A stretch of DNA of 63,719 nt, counting the filler, from Octopus bimaculoides (taxonomy: Eukaryota), in the NCBI RefSeq assembly GCF_001194135.2. It is 4 parts of 4 records of this genome, joined end to end, with 100 filler letters (N's around TTAATTAATTAA, not from the genome) between each part and the next. Parts side by side here need not be neighbours in the genome. Positions count along the whole stretch, not along the records: positions 1 to 20,102 come from NC_068989.1; positions 20,203 to 41,619 come from NC_068990.1; 2 more parts are not named here. One strand, written 5' to 3'. Below, piece by piece: positions 11,271-25,479 of the stretch (within the stretch, counting starts at the first letter, position 1; every line of letters starts with the position of its first letter). The notes beneath the pieces were generated by a model. It saw only the letters and a program-made list of their open reading frames with translations. It ran no database searches and was not told the DNA's origin. The position numbers were made by a program, and so were the translations under genes.

Positions 11271-12802
11271 TCATTGATTGATTGGCATTGATTTAAGAAA
11301 CGATATATAGCTTCACGTATTAGCATACGACCATTCGGAGAGTTCCATCTGTTTCATCTTTCCACGGCGTGCAGTGTAGGAGCCGGAAATACATAATCAA
11401 AGGAACATAATTCCCATACGCACATGTTTAAAATTCACCGCGTAGCCAGACGTCATTGGCATCACATACTCTAGTAAGCGAACGTGTATGTCCGTATGTA
11501 AGTTGAATTTTGGTGCAGAAGGATTGCTTTATCTAATATAAGTGGCAGTGTTTGTAACAAGTTCTGACATTGGTGCGTGCACAGATACGTGTTTTAGTCG
11601 TTATTATTGTAGCTCTACTGTTCTATGCTGTGTGATTTTCCTTGTGTATGTGATAATATTTTGAGGTAACCAAGTCAAAATGTATGCGTGAGCACGCGCG
11701 TGTGTTTCTGTCCATTTTAGTATGAAGTTGGTTGTTAAGAAAGATAATGCGTGAAGAAATAGATTTTAAGGGACAGTTGGAGTTTTATAAACGTGCTTTT
11801 GATATTAGTTATACAACATATAAAACAGTCCTTTGATTCCCTCTTATCCCTCTTATCCTATGCGTGCGTGTCTCAGGCTGGTTGTTAAAATTTATGTGTA
11901 CAAGGCGACTTGAGAGGTGTGTATTTATTTCTGTGAACGCTTTTAGTACGTCAAATTACGTATAGATAGATAAATAGATAGATATACATATACACACACT
12001 CACACACACACATAAACACATATGTATATATATATGTGTATGTATATATGTATATATGTATGTATATATATATGTATATATGTATGTATATATATATATG
12101 TATATATGTATGTATGTATATATGTATGTATATATATATGTNNNNNNNNNNNNNNNNNNNNNNNNNNNNNNNNNNNNNNNNNNNNNNNNNNNNNNNNNNN
12201 NNNNNNNNNNNNNNNNNNNNNNNNNNNNNNNNNNNNNNNNNNNNNNNNNNNNNNNNNNNNNNNNNNNNNNNNNNNNNNNNNNNNNNNNNNNNNNNNNNNN
12301 NNNNNNNNNNNNNNNNNNNNNNNNGTATAGGGATATACCATAAACAAGTATTAAAAAATAGAGAAAAGATGTGGAAACAGAAATAGATTTATTATAAAAC
12401 TGGATTTAATGCATATGTACGTTTCGAAAAACAATGCAAAAATGTAATAATAAATTTAAATCATAGTGATTATAACTATAATTGAAAATAAAAAATTTAA
12501 ATTAGGAATAAAAATTAAAATTAAATTTTAAATTTAATTTATGCATTGTCATTCTCATCAGTAAGGAATCTTTTGAAGGACATCAAAAAGGTTTAATAAG
12601 ATGAAGTAAAATGAGATAAAAATAAAATAAAATAAAAATAAGATACAATTAGAGAGCATAGATGGGGCAATAAGGGAAATCGGGTAATTTACAAACCAGG
12701 TTGTGAACGAGAGAAATAATGATATCAACAATACTAATGGTGAGAGAGACGAAAAAGAAAAAGAAAAATATATCAATGTGTATGCAAGTGTATATGTGCA
12801 GT

Positions 12803-13212
12803 TTAATTATCGTAATTGAATTAACGGTCCCGTAGGAAGAGGGTTGTGATGAGTCTCATGAACGGAAGCGTGCCAGATATGATAGCCTTCTGCAGGATTG
12901 CAGGGAGAAGGGATGGCAGGTATGGTTTTTCCCTGTCGAGGTTGGCTGTAGGGGACTTCCTGCTCAGTCAATATGGAGGATTCTTACAACAACTGGAATG
13001 AGAGATAAGGAGCGAAGAGCGGTTGTGCGCAGGATGCGAGAGGCACCTGAAAGAGTCTCTTGTTGGCTTTGGAGTAAGAGAGGAGAGAGCTGGAAGCCAG
13101 GAGGAGATGAGGAGCACTGACTCGGTCACCTCTGTTGACCCACCAACGGGAAGGTGTTACGGTTCAATATCGAAACACCTGATGAACGTTGGATACCGTC
13201 TGACGATATCAA
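12803..13212 (+). mobile_element. Hero-clade (R2 group) non-LTR retrotransposon 3' end, restriction-like endonuclease remnant + 3'UTR
   Basis: LIIVIELTVP*EEGCDESHERKRARY..C..KGW...PVEVGCRGLPAQS...ERVSCWLWSKRGESW, stop at 13118-13120. The 3'UTR gaaacacctgatga...ggatacc.tctgacgat resembles recalled Hero ends. Confidence 0.85.
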
Positions 13213-15164
13213 TTCCTCCTGGCCATGGATAAAGCACCTTGTTTTAGGTTTTATTAACACACACACACACACATATATATATANNNNNNNNNNNNNNNNN
13301 NNNNNNNNNNNNNNNNNNNNNNNNNNNNNNNNNNNNNNNNNNNNNNNNNNNNTATGTATGTGTGTGTGTGTTTGTGTACTAAAAATTAATGTAAGCAGCT
13401 AGCCACAATACAAAACCATATAGAAAAAGTTTAGTCATCACTAATTGTGACTGTGGGTGCTAAAAGCAAAGTTGTTGCTAGAAATAAGAGTTTAGACTAT
13501 TGTAGCTGTGTGAAAAGCACATTTATATATCCTCACAGGGTAGATAACTGTTCCGTGAGCAAATCTAAAATACTGGACCGCGAATGCAACATTTCTTTTT
13601 AATACTCATGTCTTTATGGTCTACTGCTGATTTCTGGACGATTGTAAACCTAATATTTGCATTGAAATTAGTTTAAATTCAGTGAATTAAACTGCAGACT
13701 GTTCATGACATAAATGGATAAGGGAGACCCTAAAATGATTTAAATGTGCATATAAAATTGGCTGAAACTAAAGTATTAAAGCATGTGTTCTGGTATTTTA
13801 TTACAGTTCATTAACATTTCAATTAAATTGCTGCACTTGATATAATTAGATGTCTATGATATCAATTATCTCTCTTGTTTCTTTCTTTCTAAACACCAAC
13901 TGGCTATAATACGTACATTTAAACACAGACACAAACTGATATTCATTTAAGTGTGTTTATTCTCTTCAAAATGGTTACCTGTATTTCCAATGAGGGCATA
14001 AAAAATATAATGAAATCTCTTGCCACAAATTCTCAAGCAATCACCATGTATTATAAATTTAGATTTCAATTTTGATATAGAAACGACCTATCAATTTGTT
14101 GTAAATGAAGTCATAGGGTAAATTGAAATATTTACGCGGTTTATTCTTTGGCCTTCCGATAATTTCTATAGCTTGGTATGTTGATATAGCATCCACACAA
14201 CATCTGTTTTTCATTTCTGAAAGCCTGGTCAATTAATAAATATTGTTCGTTCAGAAAGTTTCTCACTCTATCTATTATATTTGCTTTCAACGTAATATAA
14301 AAGGTTGCAGAGATGAATAAAATTACTTCCATTGTTTATCATAATAACGTTTCCTTGTCTTTAATTAATTCTCTCACTTCAATATTTATCGCTTTTAATG
14401 CCGTTCACAGTCCTTCAGTTTACTGATAATGTCTTTTAATTCAATATGGAAGATTATTGGCATGAAAATGACATTAAGTTTTAGAGACAATAAATGGTTC
14501 TGATAGACGTGTCAGCATTTCTACATAATTGATGGCAATATTGCGCACATATATATTATCTGAAATCTATTAAATCGATAAAGAAATGTAAAACGTCCGA
14601 GACAAGCTGAAGAATACCGTTAAAATATGTGAGATGTTGCGGTTAGTTCAATAACTGGAGAATTTTGAAAGCACAAAGAAATACGGAACTGTAATAGTGC
14701 AAAGATGTTTTCTTCTGAAATTACTAAACATTTTAGGCTCGTTAAGATAGCTACAACAACCAGAGATAGTGATCTGCAAAACCGAACCATTTGGTCAACT
14801 GTTCGTATTATTCTATTCAATACTGCTGTGTCCCTGGAAGGATACATCAGTAATTCAACATCAGTATTTCCAAAGTTTCTCTAACTTCACCGTTCTGTCT
14901 CACTACACTCTTGATATCATTTCTGATATTGTTTTGTTTAAAATTACACTTTCATGACACACCTAACTATTACCTGGCACAATCTAAGCTGTCACATGAA
15001 TATTGTTAGAAGCCACTGTTCTGGTTACACTTCGTCTTTAAAAGAGACGGACTTGTGGAAGTTAGAATCTCTTTAATCACAAAAATAATTGTTGACCACT
15101 GTGATATTGAGCTAAATAATAAAATAACGAGCTTTTATAAGTAATAGATAATTTTTAGAAAGCA

Positions 15165-15350
15165 TATTAGGCAAGTGTCTTCTACTATAGCCTCGGGCTG
15201 ACCAAAGCCTTGTGAGAAAGTTTGGTTGATGAAAACTGGAAGCACCTTGTCGTATATATAAATATCTATGTGTGTGTGTCTTTGGCGTACAGCTAAGTTA
15301 CGTGACGCAAACACAACCAACACCGGTTGTCAAGCGGTAGGGAGGTACAC
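15165..15350 (+). mobile_element. SINE family B, partial
   Basis: ggcaagtgtcttctactatagcctcgggctgaccaaagccttgtgag segment. Confidence 0.8.
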
Positions 15351-15829
15351 ATACATACACAAAGGCACACACATAAATATGTATGCAAATGGGAAACATC
15401 TCTGAATAGAAACCCGCAGATTCGCTCGCCAGATGCAAACAACATAGCCTCTTAATAAACTCACAAACTATACACAATATTTTACAACTTTACATTATAC
15501 AATTATGCAATATACATTACATCAGATATCGACATTCAGTGTGTTATTATTTCATTATTAAGTGTGACGTCTTCAGAAAGGAAAGAACTACCAATAAGAA
15601 TCAAAACTGAAGATCTTAGATCAAGTTTAAAGTTCTCAACACATTCTGATCAAATTACTATTCAATAATTCAATCCGATTGCTGATGACAAGATCCATGT
15701 ACATTGGTTGCGAGTTCGTTCCAAGATACAAAGAATATTCCTGTGATAGTTTATTTATTTATTTCCACCGTATTTCTAAAACATATACAAACACACAACG
15801 TTGAGAAATATGCATCAAGTAGCAACATA

Positions 15830-17026
15830 CAAGGCGGTGTCAAATGTTTAGGGACCAGTTATGTTTAATAAAAATTATATATTTGCTAAAGTTGTAACAT
15901 CATCTCCTTCGCAATTTTCACCTTGCGCAGCAATACATCGGTTCCAGTGTTCCTGCCACTTTTAGAATCCAGCTTGGAAGTCGTTTTCCGTAAGTGCATC
16001 GAGGACCTGCGATTCGCTCTTGATCTCGACAACGGTATTAAAACGGCGACTTTTGAGCTGCATTTTCATCTTGGGGAAGAGATGGAAACCCGTAGGTTTT
16101 GAATCTGGTGAATAGGGTGGGTGCGGAAGCGATATTATGTTGTTTTTGGCGAGTAACTCGCGATTGAGGAGAGCTCGGTGACAGAGTACATTGTCGTCGG
16201 GAAGAAGCCAATTCTTCGTGCTCCACACATCCTGTCACCTTCGCTGAATGTCCTCCCTGAAACACTTCAAAACTCTCGAACGACGGTCTGGCCCCAAGGT
16301 GCAAATTCTCCATGCACAATACCGCGAACGTCGAAAAGAAAGGTGATCATGTTCTTGATTGAGCTGCAGTTCTGTCGTGCCTTATTCGGTCGTGGAGATG
16401 AAGGGCTCTTCTATTGTGACGACAGCTGCTTCGACTCACGGTCGTACCCATAGACCCAACTCTTGTCACCGGTGATGATCCTCGACATGAAGGATGTAGC
16501 TATCCCCAGCGGCACGCAAACGGAGATCTTGACAGACTTCGCCGCGATGCTCTTTCTGCTCAGTGGTCAGCAGACGGGGGACAAACTTGGCAAAGACACT
16601 TTGCATGTTCAATTCAGAGGTTAGGATTGCCTGCACGTTTTCGTGCGACACACCAACATCAGCAATGTCATTGATTGTCCTCCAATGATTCTCATGGCCA
16701 AGCTGATGAATTTTCTCCACATTTCCGGGTTTGACGCTCGTTGAAGGTCTTCCAGATGGCTTATCGCCTTCCAGGGACGTTCTTCCGCTGTTGAAGCACC
16801 TGTGCTACTTGAAACATTGCGTACAACCCATTGCCTCGTCGCCGTAAGCTTCCAAAGCATGCTTAATGTCTTTAGCAGATTTCTCGAGTTTGACGCTAAA
16901 TTTCACGTTGGCTTTTTGTTCCAACTTCCTGTCCATGATAAAATCGCAGACTACAGCATACACGAAGGTACTAGCATCCGTTGGCACACTGCAGAACTAG
17001 CTCGTGAAATTTTTGATACCACCGCG
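15830..17026 (-). mobile_element. Near full-length mariner (DD34D-type) transposon, transposase pseudogenised
   Basis: TA at 15828-29 and 17027-28; imperfect TIRs of about 30 bp. Transposase starts at ATG 16936: MDRKLEQKANVKF..GRPSTS..FVPRLLT..IITGDKSWVYGYD..DDNVLCH..HPPYSPD..HLFPKMK, with stops and frameshifts. Confidence 0.95.
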
Positions 17027-20000
17027 TACAAAGGTTTTATTTGAAGTTCGGTATGTTAAAAATCTTAATTATAAAAAGAAATTACACTAGTGCATGTGTG
17101 GCTATATGGTGAAGGGGTTCACTTCACAAATATGTGGATTTTGCGGAACAAACATTAGTTAATTACTGGGTACACTAATAGATTAGTAGACTACAACATA
17201 GAGCATTGCAGCAACTTCACCGACATTGTTATAAAAGATCCAGCACTCAACCAAAAGTACCTATTTATTACAAATAATATATACTAAAACAAATGCATCT
17301 TGGTTACAGAACGGATAGCTACATAATTATATAAAGAAACTTATAAACAGAACACATAACCTAACTGCACATTTTCTGTCAGAAAATAGTACAATAACAC
17401 CAGAATGAAAATATTTTTCATTAATACAAAAGCACAAACCAACAAACCACAGAGCATTTTTCAGATTACTCATGCAATTTCTAAATTCAAATCTAAACAT
17501 TAAAGTTGTAAATTTCGTGAATCAAACTACTGTTTATGAAGTTTCTTTTATATGATTTACTGGAACGACAACAGCCAGGATAATCCTAGTGAAGTTTCAA
17601 CCAGAAATCTACCATCAAGTGTATATCTTACGTTCCCTATCACCTATTGTCCAATGTCGATATATCCCGAAGAAATAGTTCGCTTAGCTTATATCCCCAG
17701 CTGTAATAAATCTTGATGGTCACGTTACATCCATGCTAATTAATACTGAGGTATTAATGTCCTCTGTTAATTCAGAGTGGTTGTCTACCTAATAGTTGTC
17801 AAAAAATGTTTTAAACTCTGAAATTAAAGATTATGCGCAGCACTCAGTGTAGTCCATTGAATATATGCTGTAATTCCAAAGCTAGAACTGATGGAGCAAA
17901 TATTTTCGAGAATAGCTGTAACAAATACGTCACCTAAATGTGTATTAGTTAAGTTGTAATCGTTTACATTTTCACAGTCATTATCAAAATAATATGATGG
18001 TATATCGTAGAACTAAACCATTGTTTGTGATAAACAGAAACTAATGTGATTTTGAATACAGCACCTTCCAAGTTAGTCAAAGACAAGTCTCAGATATCAG
18101 TTAGCATAAAGCATATTGTCCTGTGTAATGGGAGAATGTACTGATGAAACTATAGATGGAAATGGCATTTAAAGAGAAAGGATATGAAAGTTGTTATTAA
18201 TAAAGTTATAGTTTCAAGCAACATTTGATGTTACAACATTCAGAGTTTCCGGCGAAAGGTTTAAAACTTACATTAATGATGTATGATTAGTTGAGGCTAA
18301 AAATAAAAAGATACGCAATTTAATGTGTATCCGTGATGATATTAGTATTTTTTATTTATAGTTTCTTATTCCTACAACTGCTGTAGTTACTTTTACTGCC
18401 AACTCACGATTTTGTTGCCAATTGTTTGTTGTTTGTTTTATATTGAGATGTTATTGCTTTAAATATTTCTTATTTCCTCTTTCAACAATCGAATCATTAC
18501 ATACATTTTGTCTTTTAAAGTCGTTATCGATTACATTGTTTGTTTATTTTTCTCTTATCAAAATTCACCATATTGCATTCCTCACTTCTCTTCACTCACT
18601 TCTTATCGATACGTTTATTCATTTTTATTTATTTATTTATGTTTATGCTCCTTTTTACGATTTTTTCTATTCATCTTAATGCTTGTTTATGCTTCTATTA
18701 ATTTGTTTGTTTTTCTCCACACACAGACACACTGTGTGTTGTTATTCTGTTGCCATTTCAACATTTCTTCATTCATTTGTGGCTATCGTTGTCAACAAAT
18801 GTTAACTAGAGATCATCAATTGCCGTAAGTTATTCGACAAATGATAACAATAAAAAATAAACTGTATTAACAAGCTATAACAAACACGATGGATAGCTTC
18901 TGGTTATATTTGTCAGCTTTTGATATAAACTATAACCAAACATAATAATACATTTAGTTAGATAGCACAGCTGTACATATTTGGTTTAAAGAGTTCATTA
19001 TTCCATTTTTTCTCTCTATCCTTTAATGTGTTACTGAGTTCGTTCTCTGATCGATAATTTGTAATAAAACAAAGCAACTTTTGACAGTATTTCCTTCCTG
19101 AAAATGAAAAAGAAAAGAAAAGAAAAAAATCAAATCTCACACATTTTACTTCATTCAAATCTTAATATAAACGCATTCGTCAAAAGTGTTAATTCGATTA
19201 GTGGAGCGTTGAGTTCAACTTTGAATATTGTTTGTTTATTCTCTTAAGATTCTGCTTTAATAAACTCGGTAATGAATAAACGATGAATTTTGGTAAAAGT
19301 CTAAACCGACAGTCAACAGAGCCTATGACCTGATTTTAAGATCCGATTGTTGTGCCGCTAAAATCCTAATTCTCTTCTTTCAAAAATCCTATTCTGAATG
19401 CGCAACCATGTTTATGAGGTTTCAGGTTCTATCTGCGTGATACATTGGGAAAATGTCATCTACTACATACGAGAGTTGTGGGTGTAATTTGATAGCTGGA
19501 AACTACTCATTGCACATACATACACACAAACACACATGCACACACATACACACATACAAACACAAACATACACATACACACATACATACATACAAATGTT
19601 TTTCGTTCTGCATAATTGAATTGATATGATTATGAAAAAAGTCTCCCACACACACTTTCTGGTTTTTAAAATACAGACAGTCCGAATCTATCATTCGGTT
19701 CTGTTTATAATTTCCAAATAATTTTTTAATACTTTTATGGAAGAAAGTCAATTGACGGTCTTCACACTTTTTCACATAATCATGGACTTTACATGTCCAG
19801 TGACATGCTGCATCTCCATCAGCAATATTAGCAGAAAGACAGCCATGCAATGGTACGACATCTAGTCCAAGTAGACGAAATCCTTTATTTTAAGACGAAG
19901 AATGAAGTTGGAAGAGTGGTGAAGAAGTTTTGGATACTTGTGATTGTTATAACCGATGGTGTGCTAGTTTTTTATGTGTGTATGTGCGTGTATAAAGATA

Positions 20001-20043
20001 TAATTGAAACAATACGTATATATACATACATGCATACATATAT

Positions 20044-20102
<59 letters not shown>

Positions 20103-20202
20103 NNNNNNNNNNNNNNNNNNNNNNNNNNNNNNNNNNNNNNNNNNNNTTAATTAATTAANNNNNNNNNNNNNNNNNNNNNNNNNNNNNNNNNNNNNNNNNN
20201 NN
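20103..20202. other. Artificial scaffold-join linker
   Basis: 44 N + TTAATTAATTAA + 44 N = 100 bp, identical at three places; the 12-mer gives stops in all six frames. Confidence 0.95.
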
Positions 20203-20233
<31 letters not shown>

Positions 20234-20337
20234 GAGAGAGAGGAGAGAAGAGAGAGAGGAGAGAAGAGAGAGAGGAGAGAAGAGAGAGAGGAGAGAAGAG
20301 AGAGAGGAGAGAAGAGAGAGAGGAGAGAAGAGAGAGC
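20203..20337. repeat. Pure polypurine tandem repeat (about 16-bp unit agagagaggagagaag)
   Basis: Read directly from the sequence. Confidence 0.9.
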
Positions 20338-21445
20338 GTCTTGTGAGAAGAGAAGAAAGTTTTACATTCACTGTGGGGAATATAGAACCTAGCGAACAGT
20401 GAGTCAAGTTAAGACATGAAACAATTACAAGGCAAAAATGAGTGAAAAACAGCATCAGTGTTTTACAGTAAGATGAACAGCTCTCGTCTGATATAAATAT
20501 GTATATATATATATATGTTGTATGTATGTATGTATGTACGTATGTGTATATGCATGTATATGTACACACACGAACAGATACATATATAAATTTATACATG
20601 TATCTATATGTATATGGATGTATATAATTCCACAGTCAATGATATTTTTACTAATCACTTCATCCATCTTTGCTCATTTGTCATACTGCCATTGATGTAT
20701 TTCTGTGTGATTTATAATTTCGCTGACCAACACGAACTGTACTCACCAGATGGAGCTATCACCCATTTTAGTAGAATTGCACTGCATTTAGCGATCCCAT
20801 GGGCTTGCCCGAGAAGCAGAAGAAAAAAATATGTAAATGTAATACATATATAGACATACATATAAACACGTGCACACACGCGCGTGCACACACACACGCA
20901 CATATATATAACATATAATATATATATACACATATATATATATATATATATATGTTCGTAGGCTTAAGCTATGGATCGATATAACATTTTGGTTGCCAAA
21001 ACAGTTCTCACGTGTTTTCTTCTAAATTCGTGTTCTTATATATCTCTGTATAATAAGTTCATGTCGATGTGTGCCAATTCCTAAGTGTTTTGTGTGTGCG
21101 CGCGGATGCGTGCGTGTGTCTAAATGTATGTTTTCATCCACGTGCAAGCGATCATAAATACATACATATATCACATTAATGCCTATATTTAACGTCAGTG
21201 TTTGTTGTTTTTGTCCCTCGTCTCACACACTTTTCTCGTTGCCTATGCATACATACATACATACATACATACATACATACACATGCACACAAACACAAGC
21301 ACACACAAATACACATAAATATATGTGCATGCGCCTGTATATGTGTAGCATGTGTAAATATGTATGCACATATTATGTGTGTATGCGTGTGCGCGTGTAT
21401 TTGTGTGTGTGTGTGCGTGTAAGTGTACGTTTGTGTATGTCTATA

Positions 21446-21481
<36 letters not shown>

Positions 21482-22518
21482 NNNNNNNNNNNNNNNNNNN
21501 NNNNNNNNNNNNNNNNNNNNNNNNNNNNNNNNNNNNNNNNNNNNNNNNNNNNNNNNNNNNNNNNNNNNNNNNNNNNNNNNNNNNNNNNNNNNNNNNNNNN
21601 NNNNNNNNNNNNNNNNNNNNNNNNNNNNNNNNNNNNNNNNNNNNNNNNNNNNNNNNNNNNNNNNNNNNNNNNNNNNNNNNNNNNNNNNNNNNNNNNNNNN
21701 NNNNNNNNNNNNNNNNNNNNNNNNNNNNNNNNNNNNNNNNNNNNNNNNNNNNNNNNNNNNNNNNNNNNNNNNNNNNNNNNNNNNNNNNNNNNNNNNNNNN
21801 NNNNNNNNNNNNNNNNNNNNNNNNNNNNNNNNNNNNNNNNNNNNNNNNNNNNNNNNNNNNNNNNNNNNNNNNNNNNNNNNNNNNNNNNNNNNNNNNNNNN
21901 NNNNNNNNNNNNNNNNNNNNNNNNNNNNNNNNNNNNNNNNNNNNNNNNNNNNNNNNNNNNNNNNNNNNNNNNNNNNNNNNNNNNNNNNNNNNNNNNNNNN
22001 NNNNNNNNNNNNNNNNNNNNNNNNNNNNNNNNNNNNNNNNNNNNNNNNNNNNNNNNNNNNNNNNNNNNNNNNNNNNNNNNNNNNNNNNNNNNNNNNNNNN
22101 NNNNNNNNNNNNNNNNNNNNNNNNNNNNNNNNNNNNNNNNNNNNNNNNNNNNNNNNNNNNNNNNNNNNNNNNNNNNNNNNNNNNNNNNNNNNNNNNNNNN
22201 NNNNNNNNNNNNNNNNNNNNNNNNNNNNNNNNNNNNNNNNNNNNNNNNNNNNNNNNNNNNNNNNNNNNNNNNNNNNNNNCCTCGGCCATCAAAGTCATGT
22301 ACACGGTCCATTTAGCTAAATATTGGGTGGTGTACATAATTCTCTTAAGATACTTAAATCTGAAGAGAAAAATGCAGTGAAAAAAAAAGGGAAAGAAAAC
22401 AAAAGAAAAAGGGGGGGGTTGAAATGGGAAGAAAATGTAGAGGAAGAAGAAAAAGAACTCGAAATCAGAAACGCAACAACAGACTTGAGTAGATGGTATT
22501 AGTGTGGTAGTGGTGCTC

Positions 22519-22553
<35 letters not shown>

Positions 22554-23446
22554 GGTGGGAGTGGTGGTGGTGTTGATGGAGCAAATGGGAATAAAGAAAG
22601 AAAAGGGGGAAAAAAAAAAGAAAAAGCTGGAAGGAAGCGGCGATGGGATGGAATGGTTGCGGTGTAGAAAAGGGAAGTAAGATTAGTTGAACTATCACTG
22701 CTTGCCAAATTCTGAATACTTGGACAGTCAGTCGGTTGATTTCGTTTTTAAGATTTACAGTCATATTGCTGTTCAGAAGGTGAGCTTGGCGGCACCAAGT
22801 ACTGCAGTGGAGAATCAAGTTTTTGCTTAGAACGGTAACGAGGGAATGAAGCAACGCGAGAAATAAACAACAGGGAGGGAGGAGAGAATGGGAAGCAAGT
22901 GTGTGTATGTGTGTGCGTGTGTGTGTATACTTTTGTGTGTTTTGCAGCATGTATGAGTTCGTGTAATTTGGATTGTGTTATTTGTAGTCAGGTTTGTAAC
23001 GGAATTGCTAAATGGTATCGTTGTGTTGAGAGGAGGAAAGAGAGAGTAATGTTGTAGAACTTTTCAAAATTACCCAAAACTAAAGATTACAAACGCCTTC
23101 TTCACTGACGTTGTTATTCATGCTGTACGAAAGTGATACACAGAAATAAATAGACACTAAGAGAAATAGAGAGAGAGCGGGGAGAGTCAAAAAGGGAGAG
23201 ATAGATAGACAGATCACACACATACATGCATAAACACATACATACCTATATACGTACATACATACATACATACTCATCTGTAGAGTGATTTACATGCCCA
23301 CACGCACACTAAACTTGTTTAATTATTTTATATAATTTACGAGATGTGCCAAAAAAGTGAACTTTATTTGAATATATAAATGTGTGTATGTGAGCGTATG
23401 TATGTGTATGTATAGATATATACATATACGTATATACATATGCATG

Positions 23447-23485
<39 letters not shown>

Positions 23486-24102
23486 NNNNNNNNNNNNNNN
23501 NNNNNNNNNNNNNNNNNNNNNNNNNNNNNNNNNNNNNNNNNNNNNNNNNNNNNNNNNNNNNNNNNNNNNNNNNNNNNNNNNNNNNNNNNNNNNNNNNNNN
23601 NNNNNNNNNNNNNNNNNNNNNNNNNNNNNNNNNNNNNNNNNNNNNNNNNNNNNNNNNNNNNNNNNNNNNNNNNNNNNNNNNNNNNNNNNNNNNNNNNNNN
23701 NNNNNNNNNNNNNNNNNNNNNNNNNNNNNNNNNNNNNNNNNNNNNNNNNNNNNNNNNNNNNNNNNNNNNNNNNNNNNNNNNNNNNNNNNNNNNNNNNNNN
23801 NNNNNNNNNNNNNNNNNNNNNNNNNNNNNNNNNNNNNNNNNNNNNNNNNNNNNNNNNNNNNNNNNNNNNNNNNNNNNNNNNNNNNNNNNNNNNNNNNNNN
23901 NNNNNNNNNNNNNNGTTGACATATACATACATACATTCATACACACACACACACACACACACACATACTGATATTTATATAAATGCATAAATACACACAC
24001 AAAAATACAATCAAAACGGAAATGTATGTATATATATATATATATCCACTAATTATTAATAAGTTAGCTAGGGAGAAAAAGACTAAGACAGACTGACAAA
24101 TC

Positions 24103-24163
<61 letters not shown>

Positions 24164-24839
24164 TTGAAGCATATCTGGCTTATATTAATCTTCAGATTGC
24201 TCTCTCAAGCATGTTTCATCTGCTGACCTCCCTGTATTTCAGTTCCATATTGAACGGGATGTTTAATCAAGAATTCTTAATATTGAAGTAGATAAATCAT
24301 ATCTTGACAACACAATATAGAAAATCCCTCAAACATATTACCATATAAATTAGACAATTTTTCTTTGCAAATCCAAAACTTTGCTTCTAGCGCAAATGCA
24401 GAAACAAAAAGCAACAGGAAACTAATAAATAAACCGGAAGCTAAAGAACATCGTTATGAATTAAAGTCAATTGGAGAACAAACTATTAAGAAATACTGAT
24501 TCCCTTAGTTAGGAGTCACAGCTCCTACATATAAAATGAAGGAGTCATAGAGATTACAAGACATTCATACCTTTCTCAATTATTCATTAGAACATGAACG
24601 GTGTGAAAAATAAAGCGAATTTGCTTTTATGGATATAGTTGTAGCCGCGTGGTTAAGAAGCTGGTCGCGCAAACATATCTTTTCAGATTCGACCCCAATA
24701 CGTATCATTCGAGCCAGTGCCATCTGTCGCACATTCGGCTTGACCTCAGTCATGTGACTGAAATTTGGCAGGTAGAAATAGTGGGGAAGTCAGTCAGAAG
24801 GACAGTTCTTGTATAGGGAGTAGGCCGAATATGTTGCCT

Positions 24840-24997
24840 TGTATGGTAAGAAGCTAGCTTCTCAACCACATGGGTCCGAGTTCGGTCTCATTGCGTGGCA
24901 CCTTGGGCAAGTTTCTTCTACTATTGACCAAAGCCTTGTGAGTGGATTTGGTTGACGGAGATTGTGAGGATCCCATCGTATATATAATATACATACA

Positions 24998-25075
<78 letters not shown>

Positions 25076-25235
25076 TGTGTGTTCGTGTCCGTGTTTGTGT
25101 TTGTCCCCCATGACTGCTTGACAACTGGTGCTGATATGTTCACGTCCCCGTAAATTTTCAATTCGACAAAAAGATGTCGATAGAATATGTACTTTCCCAA
25201 GGTGCCACGCAATAGAACTGAACCTGGAACCATGT
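24840..25235 (+). mobile_element. SINE family B with duplicated head fragment
   Basis: Head, gcaccttgggcaag segment, (GT)n and partial tail, followed by a reverse head fragment at about 25195-25235. Confidence 0.8.
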
Positions 25236-25479
25236 GTTTGGAAATAAATATTTTAAAATGTTACGTCGTGTTCCGAAGTAAGCCTCATGTTTTGGAACCA
25301 AGTACAGATGTAAGTCGAGGTAAGCCTACATTTTGTATATTACACGCTATAAGGGATGGATATCTAACCAGCACAGTTCATTAAAAGTGTAGGCATCTGA
25401 ATACAGCGTCGATGCAATTCGAGAACTGATAGCACGTGTGTTGGATAATGCTTGTGTTGCTCTCGGTATGCGTTCAAGC

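Noticed and set aside
13150-13215. HHR-like words (GAAA, CTGATGA, CTGACGA) in the Hero 3'UTR
   Set aside because: Stems cannot be assembled into a type I, II or III topology; only the ggtgtt/aacacc hairpin forms.
14141-14957. Short ORFs that looked like a decayed GPCR or transposase
   Set aside because: Six-frame reading gave no consistent motif; many stops.
19793-19862. Signal-peptide-like MSYHCMAVFLLILLMEMQHVTG on the minus strand
   Set aside because: Only a short hydrophobic run and a weak donor; no supporting downstream exon.
20147-20158. TTAATTAATTAA palindrome as a biological motif (also 41664 and 62566)
   Set aside because: Always centred in exactly 44 N on each side; an assembly linker.
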